A stretch of 63,340 bases of DNA, filler included, from Phoronis australis (GCA_002633005.1; 7 parts of 7 records of this genome joined end to end with filler, not necessarily neighbours in it), one strand, 5' to 3'; positions 25,544-38,700 are shown, counted from the whole stretch's first letter. Made by a program: numbers and translations. Notes: generated by a model from the letters alone, not told the origin.

Positions 25544-26280
25544 TGGTAATAGCTTTCGGTGCGAAGATTGACTGAAGACTGGTTCGAGTTAATCCTTTAT
25601 TAATCCCGACCGTACGTTCACAAGCCTACTCAAACAAAACGTCCGACGTAATGTCTGTTTATGCTCCAGCCAGTGCTGCGAAGTCTTGACTTGTGTTGAA
25701 CTTCTGAGATACTTCCAGCAACTGTTACACTCGTTGATTCAATAACCTGCTGTCTCTATAGCTGGCTCTCTATTGACTATCGCTGTAACTGCTGATTCTC
25801 TTCACTGCAACTCAACTGTAATCTCCTGATTAACTTTCTTGAACTGACTTGATCTCCCGACTTGATCTTCTTGGACTCAACTCACTTAAACTTTAACTCA
25901 ACTCGATCTAATCTGACTAACACAAACCCGTGTTTGTGTATTTATAGCCTAACGCATTGTTCTGGAACTTTTCATCTTCAAGCACATACCAGAACTTTCT
26001 GGAACCTACCCAATCTTTCTACAAACATGTACTAGTCTCTAGAATATTCCAGACTTCATCAATCACTGTCATGCTACAGACTTCTAGAAAGTTCCACACT
26101 ATACTGTAGTAAACAAATTACATCATCACTGTTCTGACCTCAGTCTTCTAGAAAGTTCCATACTATTCTGTAGTAAACAAATTACATCATCATTGTACTT
26201 AACTCAGGGGTCATGCCAATCAAACAGAATAACAAAACAAAACAATACAACTAAAAATACTGTCAGACTATATTCTGACA
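25544..26280 (-). mobile_element. LTR (probably solo), 737 bp
   Basis: TG...CA ends; on the minus strand TATAAATA (25946-25939) followed by AATAAA (25601-25596) about 50 bp before the end; abuts contig end so TSD cannot be checked. Confidence 0.75.
25939..26158 (-). promoter_or_regulatory. TATA box with clustered heat-shock elements
   Basis: Perfect 3-unit nGAAn arrays at 25992-26004 (GAActTTCtgGAA), 26082-26094 and 26146-26158 (TTCtaGAAagTTC); partial arrays near 25960 and 26037-26054. Confidence 0.75.
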
Positions 26281-26380
26281 NNNNNNNNNNNNNNNNNNNN
26301 NNNNNNNNNNNNNNNNNNNNNNNNTTAATTAATTAANNNNNNNNNNNNNNNNNNNNNNNNNNNNNNNNNNNNNNNNNNNN
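26281..26380. other. Artificial contig linker
   Basis: 44 N + TTAATTAATTAA + 44 N. Confidence 0.99.
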
Positions 26381-26790
26381 TCCACATCTTTTTCGAGCGA
26401 GTGCAAATCAATAGAAAATTGACATTCAATACGTCTGAAGTTCTCTTTTGCTGGTTCATATAGACCGTTTCCTTTTCACCGCTTTGCTAAGCATGTCATT
26501 CACTTGGGCTCTCCTTCCAACGCCAACGCTTAGTAAAGACCTAACATAACCACCTATCCTATTTTCAGGTACTCCACTGGCAGCCTCCAGTGAAAGGGAG
26601 TAGCGACCCTTCCTAGAGGAGCTGCCACCGATCCCTTAAAATTTCATGGAACACGTCCACCTCCTTCATATCTAACACGCCACCATCATGTCCTCCCCCG
26701 GTAGCACCACTACCACTACCCTAACTACTTCCATCCGACCATTTCCTAAACTAAGTTGCGATAATGAAGCGATTCAGCAAATGCCAGAGC

Positions 26791-27365
26791 ACAACCATTG
26801 CACAAAACACAACCAATGCCCAGAGTACCACCATTGGCGTCACCACCATTTCCAACACCCATATCCCCAGTACCTCTCCCGAGACAAAACTACCTCTTCA
26901 CGACCATTCAGCCACCACCAAAACGTTTTTTAAAGTGGAAGAACTTGACAAACTCCAGAAACACCACCTTCGCCATCCTTACGATCACCATGACTACAAT
27001 AACCATTGCCACTCCAACCACACTACATTTATATTCACATGTCTTCTCCCCTTAACTTCACCACTGCCCCCACCAGATACAACCATTGCACAAAACACAA
27101 CCAATGCCCAGAGTACCACCATTGGCGTCACCACCATTTCCAACACCCATATCCTCAGTACCTCTCCCGAGACAAAACTACCTCTTCACGACCATTCAGC
27201 CACCACCAAAACGTTTTTTAAAGTGGAAGAACTTGAAAAACTCCAGAAACACCACCATCGCCATCCTCACGATCACCATGACTACAATCACCATTGCCAC
27301 TCCAACCACACTACATTTATATTCACATGTCTTCTCCCCTTACCTTCACCACTGCCCCCCCAGAA
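26791..27365 (+). repeat. 288-bp near-identical tandem duplication in C/A-rich low-complexity sequence
   Basis: ACAACCATTGCACAAAACACAACC starts at 26791 and 27079; duplicated peptides in the ORF track. Confidence 0.93.
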
Positions 27366-29254
27366 CCACTCAACTACCACCAAAACGTCACCCCTACCAC
27401 TTTCGACATACTCCTTGTTTATTGCACGTCCTCTTGCTTATCTGATTAGACAAATATCCTAGCTCGGTTAGCCCTGTCTGTTGAAGATATCAGTTAATCA
27501 AGAGGCCTTCCAAAGTAAAATGCAGCACCGTTTAACGAAATATCTAGACTACTTGTTCAAAGAGTAAACCTTAATTTGAAATGTTTCAATATTTGTCCGT
27601 CTGTAATTTTGTTAATTGCTATTTCCTCACTCACTTGGTCGCTCCCTGCAACACCTAATATAGGTCTACCGCGATCACATAAACTGTTTCAAGGTACTCT
27701 GCTGGCAGCCTCCAGTGAAGGGAGTGGCGACCTTGCCTAGAGGACCTGACCCAGTTCCCTCCACCACACCCACCACCTCACTATCATTTTCATCGTGTCC
27801 TTCTCCCGTAACACCACCCTTCCCCCACCAGAACCAATCCACTACCATCAAAACCTCGTCGCAACCACGTTTGACATAATCCTATTTCATTGTACTTCCT
27901 ATTCAAGACCCAATTAACCAAAAACGCAAGTTTGCATTGAAAAAAAAAAACAGCATTGACCGCCATCTAAAGGGTGGAAATTTTGAGGGCCGTTCAGTTA
28001 CTCAAAGACAATATTGCCGATGAATTTATAACGATAAAACTGACGATCCTTTTCCCCAAAAATTTCCAAATAAAGATTTCTTTTGAAGATCGTTGTTAGG
28101 AAAGCATTGTTGATGAATAGGTTGTTGTTCGAGGGAAACACACACGTGTCAATCAGATTTTTGGTACTATCATTTTTATGATCGTGCGAAGTCTACATAT
28201 CGGCAATAATCAATCACAGGAATCCCGGATTTTGAGAACCAGTTTGATGCCCGTTATTCATCTTAGAAAACTGATTCCTAAAATGCGGGACTCTTGTAAA
28301 TGTCTTTACCGACGTACACGCTTAAGGATCGATTTGCTTAACGTACTTGTACTGGTAATAGGAAACAAAGATTTCTGCGATTTTTGGAGTGCAAGTCCAA
28401 GTCGTAAACCCCAACAGGCAACAGAGCTACGGACCAAAATTTACGTTAGACGCTAATAAAATCTGAACATTTCCGTTAGATTCTCCGTACGGTGCTCCCC
28501 GGCTGCTGTCAAGTGCTTGCATCAATGCCTCAAAAGGCGCACTATGGTCATGTCTTTACGTTATATTCTAAGTGGCGGCCCAGCAGAACAAGTATGGATT
28601 TATGTCTCTATATTAATAAAAATCGACTGATTTACAGATAATATTTGACAATTAGAAAATAATCTTAGGTGCAGGTTGAACTTTCCGAAAAACCTCTTTC
28701 TTCCTACCAGCAAACTGAACCAGAAGATGAAATCGGTGTTTACGTGAATTTTGACGTAAGTTAATGAAATTCAACCGGTTCTGCCTCATTTGCCTAACAG
28801 AGAGGTGGGAGGGGGACCACAGAACTACACTTTTTCAAAGTGTACGTTCAAACCACAACCCTAATAAAGTGAAAATTCCCCAAACTGGGACGGCTAACCG
28901 ATTGTATTTTGAGCTTTGGTCATATTTTCACCTTCCAAAATAGAGGAAATTATAAGCGAAGCTTCCAAGACGACGTTTGAAGTTTCCAAGATGACGTTCC
29001 ATCTTCTGTACTACTCAATTCCAATTCGATGCAATTTCTCTCCGAATGTCTCTGAATTTCACAGCCCGCGATAGGAGTTTTTAAAATTACTTTCATAGCT
29101 TTAAAAGAGTGATTTTGGCAGTACATTTTTGGCAAACTAATAAATTGAATTGCGAAAATAATCCCTTAACATGTCAAAATCATGCGTGCATTGTATTCAA
29201 GTCTAGAAAGTGCCCCTTTCTCGCGAAATGTTGAAACATGGGTACCCAAGTTTT

Positions 29255-29354
29255 NNNNNNNNNNNNNNNNNNNNNNNNNNNNNNNNNNNNNNNNNNNNTT
29301 AATTAATTAANNNNNNNNNNNNNNNNNNNNNNNNNNNNNNNNNNNNNNNNNNNN
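29255..29354. other. Artificial contig linker
   Basis: 44 N + TTAATTAATTAA + 44 N. Confidence 0.99.
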
Positions 29355-29404
29355 GAACTGGGAAGCAGGGACTTGTTCTCAATTTGGCTGTGAAAGAGTT
29401 ACTG

Positions 29405-29480
29405 ATAGTCAAGAAAAAGAAAGCCTGTTTTAATTGTCTTGGCAATCATAGAATAGCTGACTGCCATTCCCACAACACCT
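29405..29480 (+). pseudogene. BEL/Pao-like Gag zinc-knuckle remnant
   Basis: Reads IVKKKKACFNCLGNHRIADCHSHNT then stops (CX2CX3HX4C). Confidence 0.55.
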
Positions 29481-32221
29481 AGCACTAATCTGGAGGCCCT
29501 GTGGCAATGATGCCCAATGTATTATTTGGACGCCATGTCAATCAGAATTGCTCCCGTTTACTGTCAATCAGAATTTCTCCGGTTTGGACACCCACATTGT
29601 AAGATTACAAGGACTCCCAGTTAATGAAAGAGAGAAGTTGGCCCTTTCCACTCAGAAAGAAATATACACTGTATTTAAAATGTTGCAATGTTCAAGCTAT
29701 TTTCAAAGTATTTGGTAGACCTGTCAATCATTAGCAGGTGTTTGGTTGCCAGAGTGTCTGCTTTCAGTGGTCTCATATCCCACTGCAATTCTGACTGAGT
29801 ACTTAATATAAGGACACCGACCTTGGCTAACTCCAAACTGATGATTCAGAGCTGTAGTTTCATGTTTTTCATCCTTTTTAAAAACATCAAAAGCGAAATA
29901 AATGTCATTACTTTAATAACATGATGTGCCACAAGAATATCTCCATTTAAAATGTTTGAGTTTGCACCCATTTCCTGCTTTTCTATGTGCATCTTAATAT
30001 GGACCAGCAGTGACACCTGTTGCCAAAATATAAACTATACATCATCAGTGCATTTTTCTTATGTTGGTAACTGCAGCTTTAATGACTCATTGTACAGAAT
30101 ATAAAGCTAGTAAAGATATGATAAACTTTATAACAGCAATTTGACTTGAGATCACCAAAAACAGTGCACTCATCATTCAACCAATATCAGATTCTGTAAT
30201 ATCTGTAACACCTGCTTGGTAAGCTATTTGGCTGTTTTCGTAAATTTAGACATGAAAGTCTTGATCCACACATTTTTTAGTAAAAAAACTCACTACAAGG
30301 GAGCTGTTTTTGTGAACTTAGGTTTAAAAGCCTTGTTCAACGCATTTTTTTGTAAAAAACCTCACTGTGTATGTGGAGGAAGGGTTATTGGTGAATGGTG
30401 GTGGGGAATGGGGGTAACGCGTCGTTGGAATCATGGACGCCCTGGAATATTGGGAGCCCCATTTTGGACACCCTACTTTCGAAATGCTGGATGAAGCCCT
30501 GAAGTACACTGTAGTTCTTTATCCTCGTCGCCTAGTAACGCAGTGATTTGGTATAACACGTATATTAGTTGATGAAGAGACAGTAACTACATATAATATT
30601 CGAATACTAGCAAATAGGTCTATATAATATAGTTAGAGACTAGAGTCCATAGCCACACTAAGTGGAGAGATCAGATGAGTCACACAAACAATTAACACAT
30701 GGCTTTAATGATGTGTGGTTGGCACACCAGCATAGCAGACAACAGATCAACGCTAAGCTCCACCCACATGACAGCCATATTTGTTTTGGTCGTCTGTTGT
30801 GCTTCACAAGTTCGCAAAAAATGATTCAAATTATGTTGTAAACATACAGGTACGTCATATTTTCTAAACAAGAAGTAAATATCAGCTTTATTTCTAGTAC
30901 ATCAACAGAAATTGGAACATTATGACTGCACATTCTGAACAAAATTTGACCTCAAGTGGCAATCGATGCCTGCTCAACTTCAAAGCCGTTTTTCTCGGCC
31001 CGTGATTTCAGGGTGGTGACAAGATTCTTGGGCCCAATTTTTCCGCAGCATGTGGGTCATTTTTTACAAAATTTGCAAATTTGAAATCCACTATAACTGA
31101 ACTAAAATAGTGTGCCAGGGTTTTTTGATACATGGATCCGATTTTTACTTAATAGACGGAAAGTGACCAAATGCTTGCCACAACTCGCACGCAAAAAATG
31201 CCACAAAATCAAGATCATAGTAATTTTGTACATATATTTGGATGGATAAGTAGAATATTGCATAAGGAAACAGTTGACAATAATCTCAGTGCATTTAGAA
31301 AAAAAATCGAGATAAAATTGTTTTTTTTTTACAAAATACGATATTTTAAACAAACTTTTTTTTCAATTTGTGTCACTTTCAGAGTCATGTCTAACTAGTT
31401 AAAACCCCCTTTCTACTTATTTCAGATAGGAACCTGGAAATCTGGCAAGTGTATACAAAAGTACATTGAATATTCTAAAGTTGATGACTAATTAACTAAG
31501 AAAGCGTTCATGTATTTCCTAAGCGACAAGCTCGATACAAAATTCAAATTTACTTACTTTTAAATTACTTGATACCCTCTAATTGGATATCTCTCAACTT
31601 TTTTAGTACAGAAGAAGACTTTGAAAACATGCATGATAAAGTGAAAGACTATAATTCTTGGGAGATAATGCCCACACCCACCAACACTGTGCCAATCATC
31701 AATTCCTGTTGAGGACAGATACCTCAAATTAATGGATTATAACAAGTCTCAGTACTCTGAAAAGTGCAGACTCCCGAGTTCTGCGGAGACCTTGAAAGGC
31801 TGTACAATGCTGACATTTAAAGATTTGGTGTCACATGTGGACTGTGCCTTTCAGACACCCAATATTTTGCTGTTATAGCTCTATGCCTGAAATTCTTTTT
31901 TATTGCCAACATTTATTAAGCTAACTGGATAAAAAAATACTCATTTACCCTTCAACAAATGGGATCTGCTGTAATATGTGTTCAAAGAAGTTCACAGTGA
32001 CATATGATTTAGTTCATGTACGAGGCTCAGCATACAAATGTTGTAAAAACAAAACATTGTTCATTTAGTCAACATTTAAGAGATTCTTCAAAATGTTTAC
32101 AAAGACTGCTTGCTACATTTCAATGATGCCACAAGGGTCTAACAAACATCTAAGGCACTATTTTTGCTTGTCTTTGTTCAATGCTGTATGATAACAATAC
32201 TTGTACAAGTTTCGATTTAAG

Positions 32222-32530
32222 GAGAGGAGAATAGAGTTAAAGGAGCCCATTGTAGCTGGATAAGGTGAAGTCGGTCTAGAAGATAGGGATGACTTGCCAG
32301 CCCAAAAAGAGGCTGTGGAGGTGCTGGAGCGGCTCTTTGCAGAGGTCTGCTCCAGTGACCCCAGTCTCAAAAACAAAGTCGTGGTGATCCACCTGAGTCT
32401 GTGGATCTCTGGCAATCCCCGCTTTCAGGAAGGCAATGACTTTGTCTTTGACCATCTGAAGTGTCAGTATGGCCAGGACTTGGGTACGCATCACCATTGT
32501 TTTGGAGGTGCACCCGAGGAGAAACTGAAG
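32222..32530 (+). pseudogene. TatD-family metallo-nuclease fragment
   Basis: EPIVAG*GEVGLE...Q...VVVIH...D...HHHCFGG reproduces the TatD GExGLD, xxIH and HCFxG motifs in order; one in-frame TAA at 32261; GC-richer than flanks. Confidence 0.72.
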
Positions 32531-33501
32531 GTATTTTAGTTGAACTTGTTAACGGTGTAAAAGCTCTGTGCAAAGCCTTTCTTCTGTGTTTCACAGCTGA
32601 CTTACCTGCCAAAATTGCAGTGTTAAACATGAACCAATACAATGGTGCCCATTCTTGTGTTTTGTGTTTACAAGGAAAAAAATTTCGAACGCAGAAAGGT
32701 GGTAACATTAGGATATTCCCCTTTGACTGTAGCAATCCAGATGGTCCAAAACGATCAATGGAATCTGTACACCGCAGAAAGTTCGTAATCTCGGTCCTCT
32801 TTGGGCTCACTCTTACTTTCCTTTGAGACGGCCAATGGTGACTTGTTGAAATTCTTCCATGGAACGCAGTGTGTTGATATGCAGATAATGAATGCAGCTC
32901 ACATTCTTCAGAATCTTCGCAATACACAACAAAGTATCACTGTTAATTCTGCTCCTTACAGTTTTGTGATAGCTCTAAGCCCTGAATGGAATGTCCAGAG
33001 TAATACATCACATATTACAAAAGTATTAGGTAAAGGCTACAAAAAAAAAGAATATCTGATGAATTATTTGGAAAAGTTATCCGTGTCTGCCGAAATATGG
33101 TACAAAATTTAAAATTCTTCAACCGGTTATGTTTGAGGGGAAGAGTTTTTCACTCAACCACATATGTCAGAGTGCAGCGAAGAAATTCCTATACTGTTAA
33201 ATTTTTGGACAATGAAGGACATGTTCAGTTTGGATTTGTATGCTGGTATGCCATGAATGAGAATGGCCACAATGAAATTGTTGCATGTGTCAGGAAACTG
33301 CAAATAACTGACTTTGAGCCATGCAAAGAAATTTCAAATGAACTGAAAGTCAATGTAAAACACATCCATGTCTTCCAAACTAATTTGGTTGATGAAATTA
33401 TTATTTTGGCTGAAAATATAATAGCGCTTTTTATTTGTGTTGATACTGGTGATAAGCGTTTTGTTTGTGAAGAACCAAACTACAAGGAAATTAATTTGTG
33501 A
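32521..33501 (+). pseudogene. CACTA/EnSpm-like transposase fragment, internally deleted
   Basis: TADLPAKIAVLNMNQYNGAHSCVLC; FETANGDLLKFFHGT; FNRL..GRVFHSTTY.R..RRNSYTVKF..G. Confidence 0.85.
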
Positions 33502-33750
33502 ATACGTATGTGAATTCTGTTTTTGACAGTTTTTGTGAGCAAAATTAGCTGGTGACCACGTTGCATCACGTCTATAATATGTGATGCTTTCATGAAACTA
33601 GAAAGAATGGTTATGTTAATTCGGCTCTGCCAACTGGCACAATTTTGCTGTTCAGTTTTCGAGACTAAGTCAAGACCTCATGGTTTGACACTGCAGTTTC
33701 AGTCTTAAGCATTGCATTGGTCAAAAATGAAGAATCAAAACCAAAATTGC

Positions 33751-33850
33751 NNNNNNNNNNNNNNNNNNNNNNNNNNNNNNNNNNNNNNNNNNNNTTAATT
33801 AATTAANNNNNNNNNNNNNNNNNNNNNNNNNNNNNNNNNNNNNNNNNNNN
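33751..33850. other. Artificial contig linker
   Basis: 44 N + TTAATTAATTAA + 44 N. Confidence 0.99.
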
Positions 33851-33999
33851 GTATATAACAACAACATGATCACCTAGAGCCCAGTCATAACCTGTATATA
33901 ACAACAACATGACCACCTAGAGCCCAGTCATAACCTGTAGATGACAACAACATGATCACCTAGAGGCCAGTCATAACCTGTAGATAACAACAACATGAT
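33851..33999. repeat. 42-43-bp minisatellite, about 3.4 copies
   Basis: GTATATAACAACAACATGATCACCTAGAGCCCAGTCATAACCT units. Confidence 0.92.
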
Positions 34000-34368
34000 G
34001 GAGTAGTTAAAGGTAACATTACAATAAAATACTGATGCTTTTAATTAACTTCAGTGTCTAGACACAAAATAACAACTTGCAGCCAGAAGAGAGAGACTGT
34101 TTGAACAATATAAACTTGGGATAATGGAAAGGAGTGAAAGGCACTGGTCAACACAGAAGCCTTGTACATACAATTTCATCAATGGGGGCTGATGGGGGTA
34201 ATCGAGGCTAAAATGGGGCTGGGGAGATGTTTGACAAGGAAAAAAGAGTAACCTGCAACAAAGTCCTCTAACTTGCCATTTAATCTACCCATTCACATTC
34301 TTGGTCACAGGCTTTACCTTACTAACACAGGACGTAGATATCCGTTGGTTAGTGTTAAGTTTACTCAC

Positions 34369-34598
34369 CAATAATACCACATGCTTCAGACTTGAATCCC
34401 TTGAAGGACATGGCCACAGAAGTGACATCATCCTGCCAGCTGGCGTCCTCATATTTGACCCGTCCATCAAACACCACTCCAGGCTCATTGCCAGCCAGGA
34501 CTTTGATCCTCTTCGATGTCATAATGCTGGATTCATCACCAGCTCCGTTGACGCACTTTACACTGATGTAGTAGTAGAGACCACTGGTGCTGAATGGC
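34369..34598 (-). CDS. Probable internal exon of a large invertebrate protein with tandem FN3/Ig-like repeats
   Basis: GLYYYISVKCVNGAG..S..PGVVFDG...D..WQ...S..GF...GI resembles the YYxxVxxxNGAG / GxVxDG / WxGFxDxxSGI repeat; donor GTGAGT below 34369; acceptor position uncertain. Confidence 0.6.
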
Positions 34599-34829
34599 TG
34601 CAAGATCACAAATGGAGCACATAGCAATGACACACTTTACACTGATGTAGTAGTAGAGACCCCTAGTGGTGAATGGCTGCAAGATCACAAATGGAGCACA
34701 TAGCAATGCAAGTCTCAAGTTTCCACAACATTATTGCAGTAAATCCAAGGCAGAATTCAAACTGCCAAGTGATACATTTTTGGAAGTGAAACTACTGTGT
34801 AAGTTGAAAGTCCAAACTTTTTGACAATG

Positions 34830-35053
34830 AAACCCTGCTCACTATAACTTGTGACTCACAAGTGAACTCTCCTATACTACTACACTCCTTGGTCAAACCC
34901 TGCTCACTATAACTTGTGACTCACAAGTGAACTCTCCTATACTACTACACTCCTTGGTCAAACCCTGCTCACTATAACTTGTGACTCACAAGTGAACTCT
35001 CCTATACTACTACACTCCTTGGTCAAACCCTGCTCACTATAACTTGTGACTCA
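34830..35053. repeat. 65-bp perfect tandem repeat, about 3.4 copies, ending at an N
   Basis: AAACCCTGCTCACTATAACTTGTGACTCACAAG starts at 34830, 34895, 34960 and 35025. Confidence 0.95.
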
Positions 35054-35568
35054 NCAATTAGGCAATTGTTTTTGTTTAAAATTTATAAAGCTTAGTCAAT
35101 AGTTTCAAGGTTTCTTTATTATTTGCTACGTTGCAATGAACCGCAGTCTTTTGGCAGAACACAAGTTTTGATTCAAGCCACAGAGCATCTTCCTTTGTTC
35201 ATTACTCAGATATGGGATGAAATGACTCAGAGACCTCTACAACTCGAGTTTAAGGGCCAAACAGTTACCCATTCCCCTGCAAAAATTTCATTTTAGGGCA
35301 TGGCGATATGCTGCGAAGACTTGCATGATCTTTTGTTTTCGCAATAATTTTGCATCTACATAATGTAGCACAGACTCATATGAGTTGCAAACTGTTACAG
35401 CCCATTAGAGCACAGACTCATACGCTAAAGCAGTATGGTCAGTCATGAAAGGAGTATATCCCAGATGTTTTATTTAAAACAATGCCACTTCAAGTAAAGG
35501 ATAATCAAAATAATGGAGAACTTATGTAGGAAGAGCAAATATACCACAAATTCCACTTAAGTGATAAC

Positions 35569-35789
35569 TGTATTGGAATGTGTTTATATCCTGTCATTGC
35601 ATAATATGCTATCCTGTTGTTGTTTATGGTTTAGTGGTTCCTGTTTTGTAGTCAGTAATGTATTAGTCATATATTCCTAGAACCTAATGACTTCCTGTAC
35701 ATTTCTGTATTCTATTATTTGTTGATATCAATACACTTTTAGTTCGACAGCCAACTGGGCACAATCTTTGTTTTACTCACGACTTTTCA
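35569..35789 (+). repeat. 5' LTR of the GalEa element (start position approximate)
   Basis: TG at 35569; CA at 35789 directly before the PBS. Confidence 0.6.
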
Positions 35790-35799
35790 TGGTAGCAGA
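35790..35799 (+). other. Primer-binding site for initiator tRNA-Met
   Basis: TGGTAGCAGA, complementary to the tRNAiMet 3' end; gag ATG at 35811. Confidence 0.9.
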
Positions 35800-38700
35800 T
35801 CAAGGTTGAAATGTCTTCAACTGTTAGCTACAAGAACCCACCTAGGTTTGGGGAAAACTATCAGGAGTGGAAGCAAGAGATAGAACTGTGGAAGAGGGTA
35901 ACTGATTTACCTTGTGAAAAACAGGGCCTAGCGGTGAGTTTAACTCTCACAGGGAGAGCGCGGGAAACTGCACTGCAACTGGAGGCCAAGGACCTAGAGA
36001 AAAAAGACGGTCTAATAACACTAGTGGGTGAACTAGATAAGATCTATCTTAAGGAGAGCAATTAGGACTATGCTTATGAAGCATACAAAAATTTTGACAC
36101 CTTTATGCGTAAGGACGGTCAGCCAATAAGTGATTTTATTTGTGACTTTGACGGCTTAAATAAGAAGTGTCACAAATATGACATGTTTTTGCTGGATGCT
36201 GTTCTAGCATTCAAGCTTCTGGATTCCCGGGCAAATCTCAGCAAAACAGAGAAACAAATGACACTGACGGCGTGTACGGACTTAACGTATGAAAGTATGA
36301 AATCGGCACTTCGGCGAATTTTCGGAACGTATGATATTAAAAGTGAGGCGTCAGAGGGCATTGCGATAAAAGATGAAGTCCTCTATGGGAAGTGCAGGAG
36401 AGCTCCACAGACAGCCAAAACAGATATGACACAGAGGGGAACGAACCCATTAAACAAATATGGCAGAAGAACATCCTGCAGGATCTGCAATTCTGTGTTT
36501 CATTGGGCTAAAGACTGCCCAGAGAAGAAACAAAATCATGTTGACTGGTCACTGGACAATGACACTGTTTTGCTGACAGAAACCAAGAACTATGCTATTC
36601 TTGACACCGGGTGTTCAAGAACAGTATGTGGGCAAAACTGGCTGGACACTTATCTCGAGAGCCAGCCTGAAGTTGAAGTCAAGACCGTTCCCAGTCAAAG
36701 ATCATTCAAATTTGGCTTTGGGAAGAATATCGTGTCAACCAAGACAGTAACACTGCCAGCGCAGATTGGGGACACTGTATGCCAAATTAAAGTCGAGGTA
36801 GTTCCCGTTGACGTTCCTCTACTGCTGAGCAATGAAAGTCTAAAAAGGGCAGACACAAAAATTGACCTAAAGGAGAGCCGAGTGTCAATGTTTGGTCAAG
36901 ATGTACCTATTAAACACACATCATGTGGACATATGTGTGTAGATATCAGCAGTGTACCACAGAAAGAAGAGACTGCAGAGGGTGAGCTTTTCTTCTTAGA
37001 TGATAAGAATTTGAGTGTTAGTCAGAAGTCAAAAATGCTTATGAAATTACTCTGTCAATTTGGCCATGCTACTTGTGATAGAATTAAGCAATTGCTGAAG
37101 TGTGCAGGCGTCAATGATGAGATTGTGTTTACATTGTTGAAAGACATAATCAAGAAATGTGTCTCTCTTCATAATGACACTTTTAGGTGAATTGACGTGT
37201 GGGACACCAGATTCTACTGTTGTACAACTGGTANACTTGTGATAGAATTAAGCAATTGCTGAAGTGTGCAGGCGTCAATGATGAGAATGTGTTTACATTG
37301 TTGAAAGACATAATCAAGAAATGTGATATATGTCTAAAATTCAAGAAGCCAAGTCCTAGACCAGCTGTTGGCTTGCCACTTGCAAGTGATTTTAATCAGA
37401 CTGTGGCAGTAGATTTGCACCAGTTCGGTCCAAATTTGTGGTATTTACACATCATTGACGAATTCACACGCTTTAGTTCTGGGTGTATAATGCGTTGTAA
37501 GAAAGCGAATGTATTTGTTGAAAATTTCAATAAGCATTGGATCAGTATTTTTGGGGCACCTCAACGATTGTTCAGTGATAATGGGGGAGAATTCAATAAC
37601 AATGAAGTTAGGGACATGGCAGAGAATTTCAACATAGAAGTACTGACCACCTCGGCATATTCCCCCTGGTCTAATGGTACTCTAGAAAGAAACAACATGA
37701 CGTTGACTGATATTCTGGAAAAATTGAAATCAAGTCATAATCTTGATTGGGAAACAGCATTGGCATGGGCCTTAATGGCTAAAAATTCATTGTCCAATAC
37801 ATATGGTTTCAGTCCATATCAGCTGGTTTTCGGCAGAAATCCAAATTTGCCATCAGTTTTAACAGATAACCCCCCTGCATTGGAGGGCACAACCATGAGT
37901 GAAAAAGTTGGTAATCACATCAACGCGATGTATGCAGCAATTCAAGAGCTGCTTTTGCTATAAGGCTGAAAGTTCAGAAAAGATTAGAAGAGCATTAAGG
38001 AAACAAACACGATCAGTTACTAATTCTTGTGATACTGGGGATAAAGTGTACTACAAACGACCTGGTTTTTCCGAATGGAAGGGTCCTGGCGTTGTTATTG
38101 GAAGAGATGGATCTACTATTATTGTCAAACATGGCGGTTCTATTGTGAGAGTTCATGAAACCAGATTACAAAAAGCTATCCCTGAAGTTTCGGCTAATGA
38201 GGGTCATGGGAGTAAAAATGACGAGATTTCAGAAACATCCACCAGAGAATGTTTGGCAAATAAATATGAGGATGATGACGATGATGAAATACCTGCTAGC
38301 AGCTTGCCTGAGTGAGAGGCAGCAAATAATCCTGAGACAGCCAGAACACATGAGACAGACTCTGATGACTCAAGTTCTGAGAATCAAATGAGCACTGATG
38401 GGGTTGACACTGCACCAAATGTCCCTTATCAGTCATTAAAATCTGGACAAATTATTACTTACAGCCACAGTGATGACAACTCCGTAATACGAGCTGTAGT
38501 CATGGGGAGAGCTACTAAGGCTTCTGGCAAAAACAACAGCTGGTATAATTTAAACATTACAAAGTCCTGATGAGTTAGAGGGCGCAACATTGTCTGTTGA
38601 CCTCAAAAGTGTGAATGACCTGAAGATAGTTGACAATGACATAATTGATACTACGGAAAGTGTTTTGATTACTGATGATGTTCAATTAAAGGATGCAAAA

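Noticed and set aside
26764-27462. 232-aa Thr/His-rich ORF as a real gene
   Set aside because: Low-complexity C/A-rich duplication open in several frames; no domain support
32276-32497. Minus-strand 73-aa ORF
   Set aside because: Antisense shadow of the TatD-like frame
34830-35053. CRISPR-like array (also considered 33851-33999 and 5803-6151)
   Set aside because: Head-to-tail units without unique spacers, no cas genes, eukaryotic context
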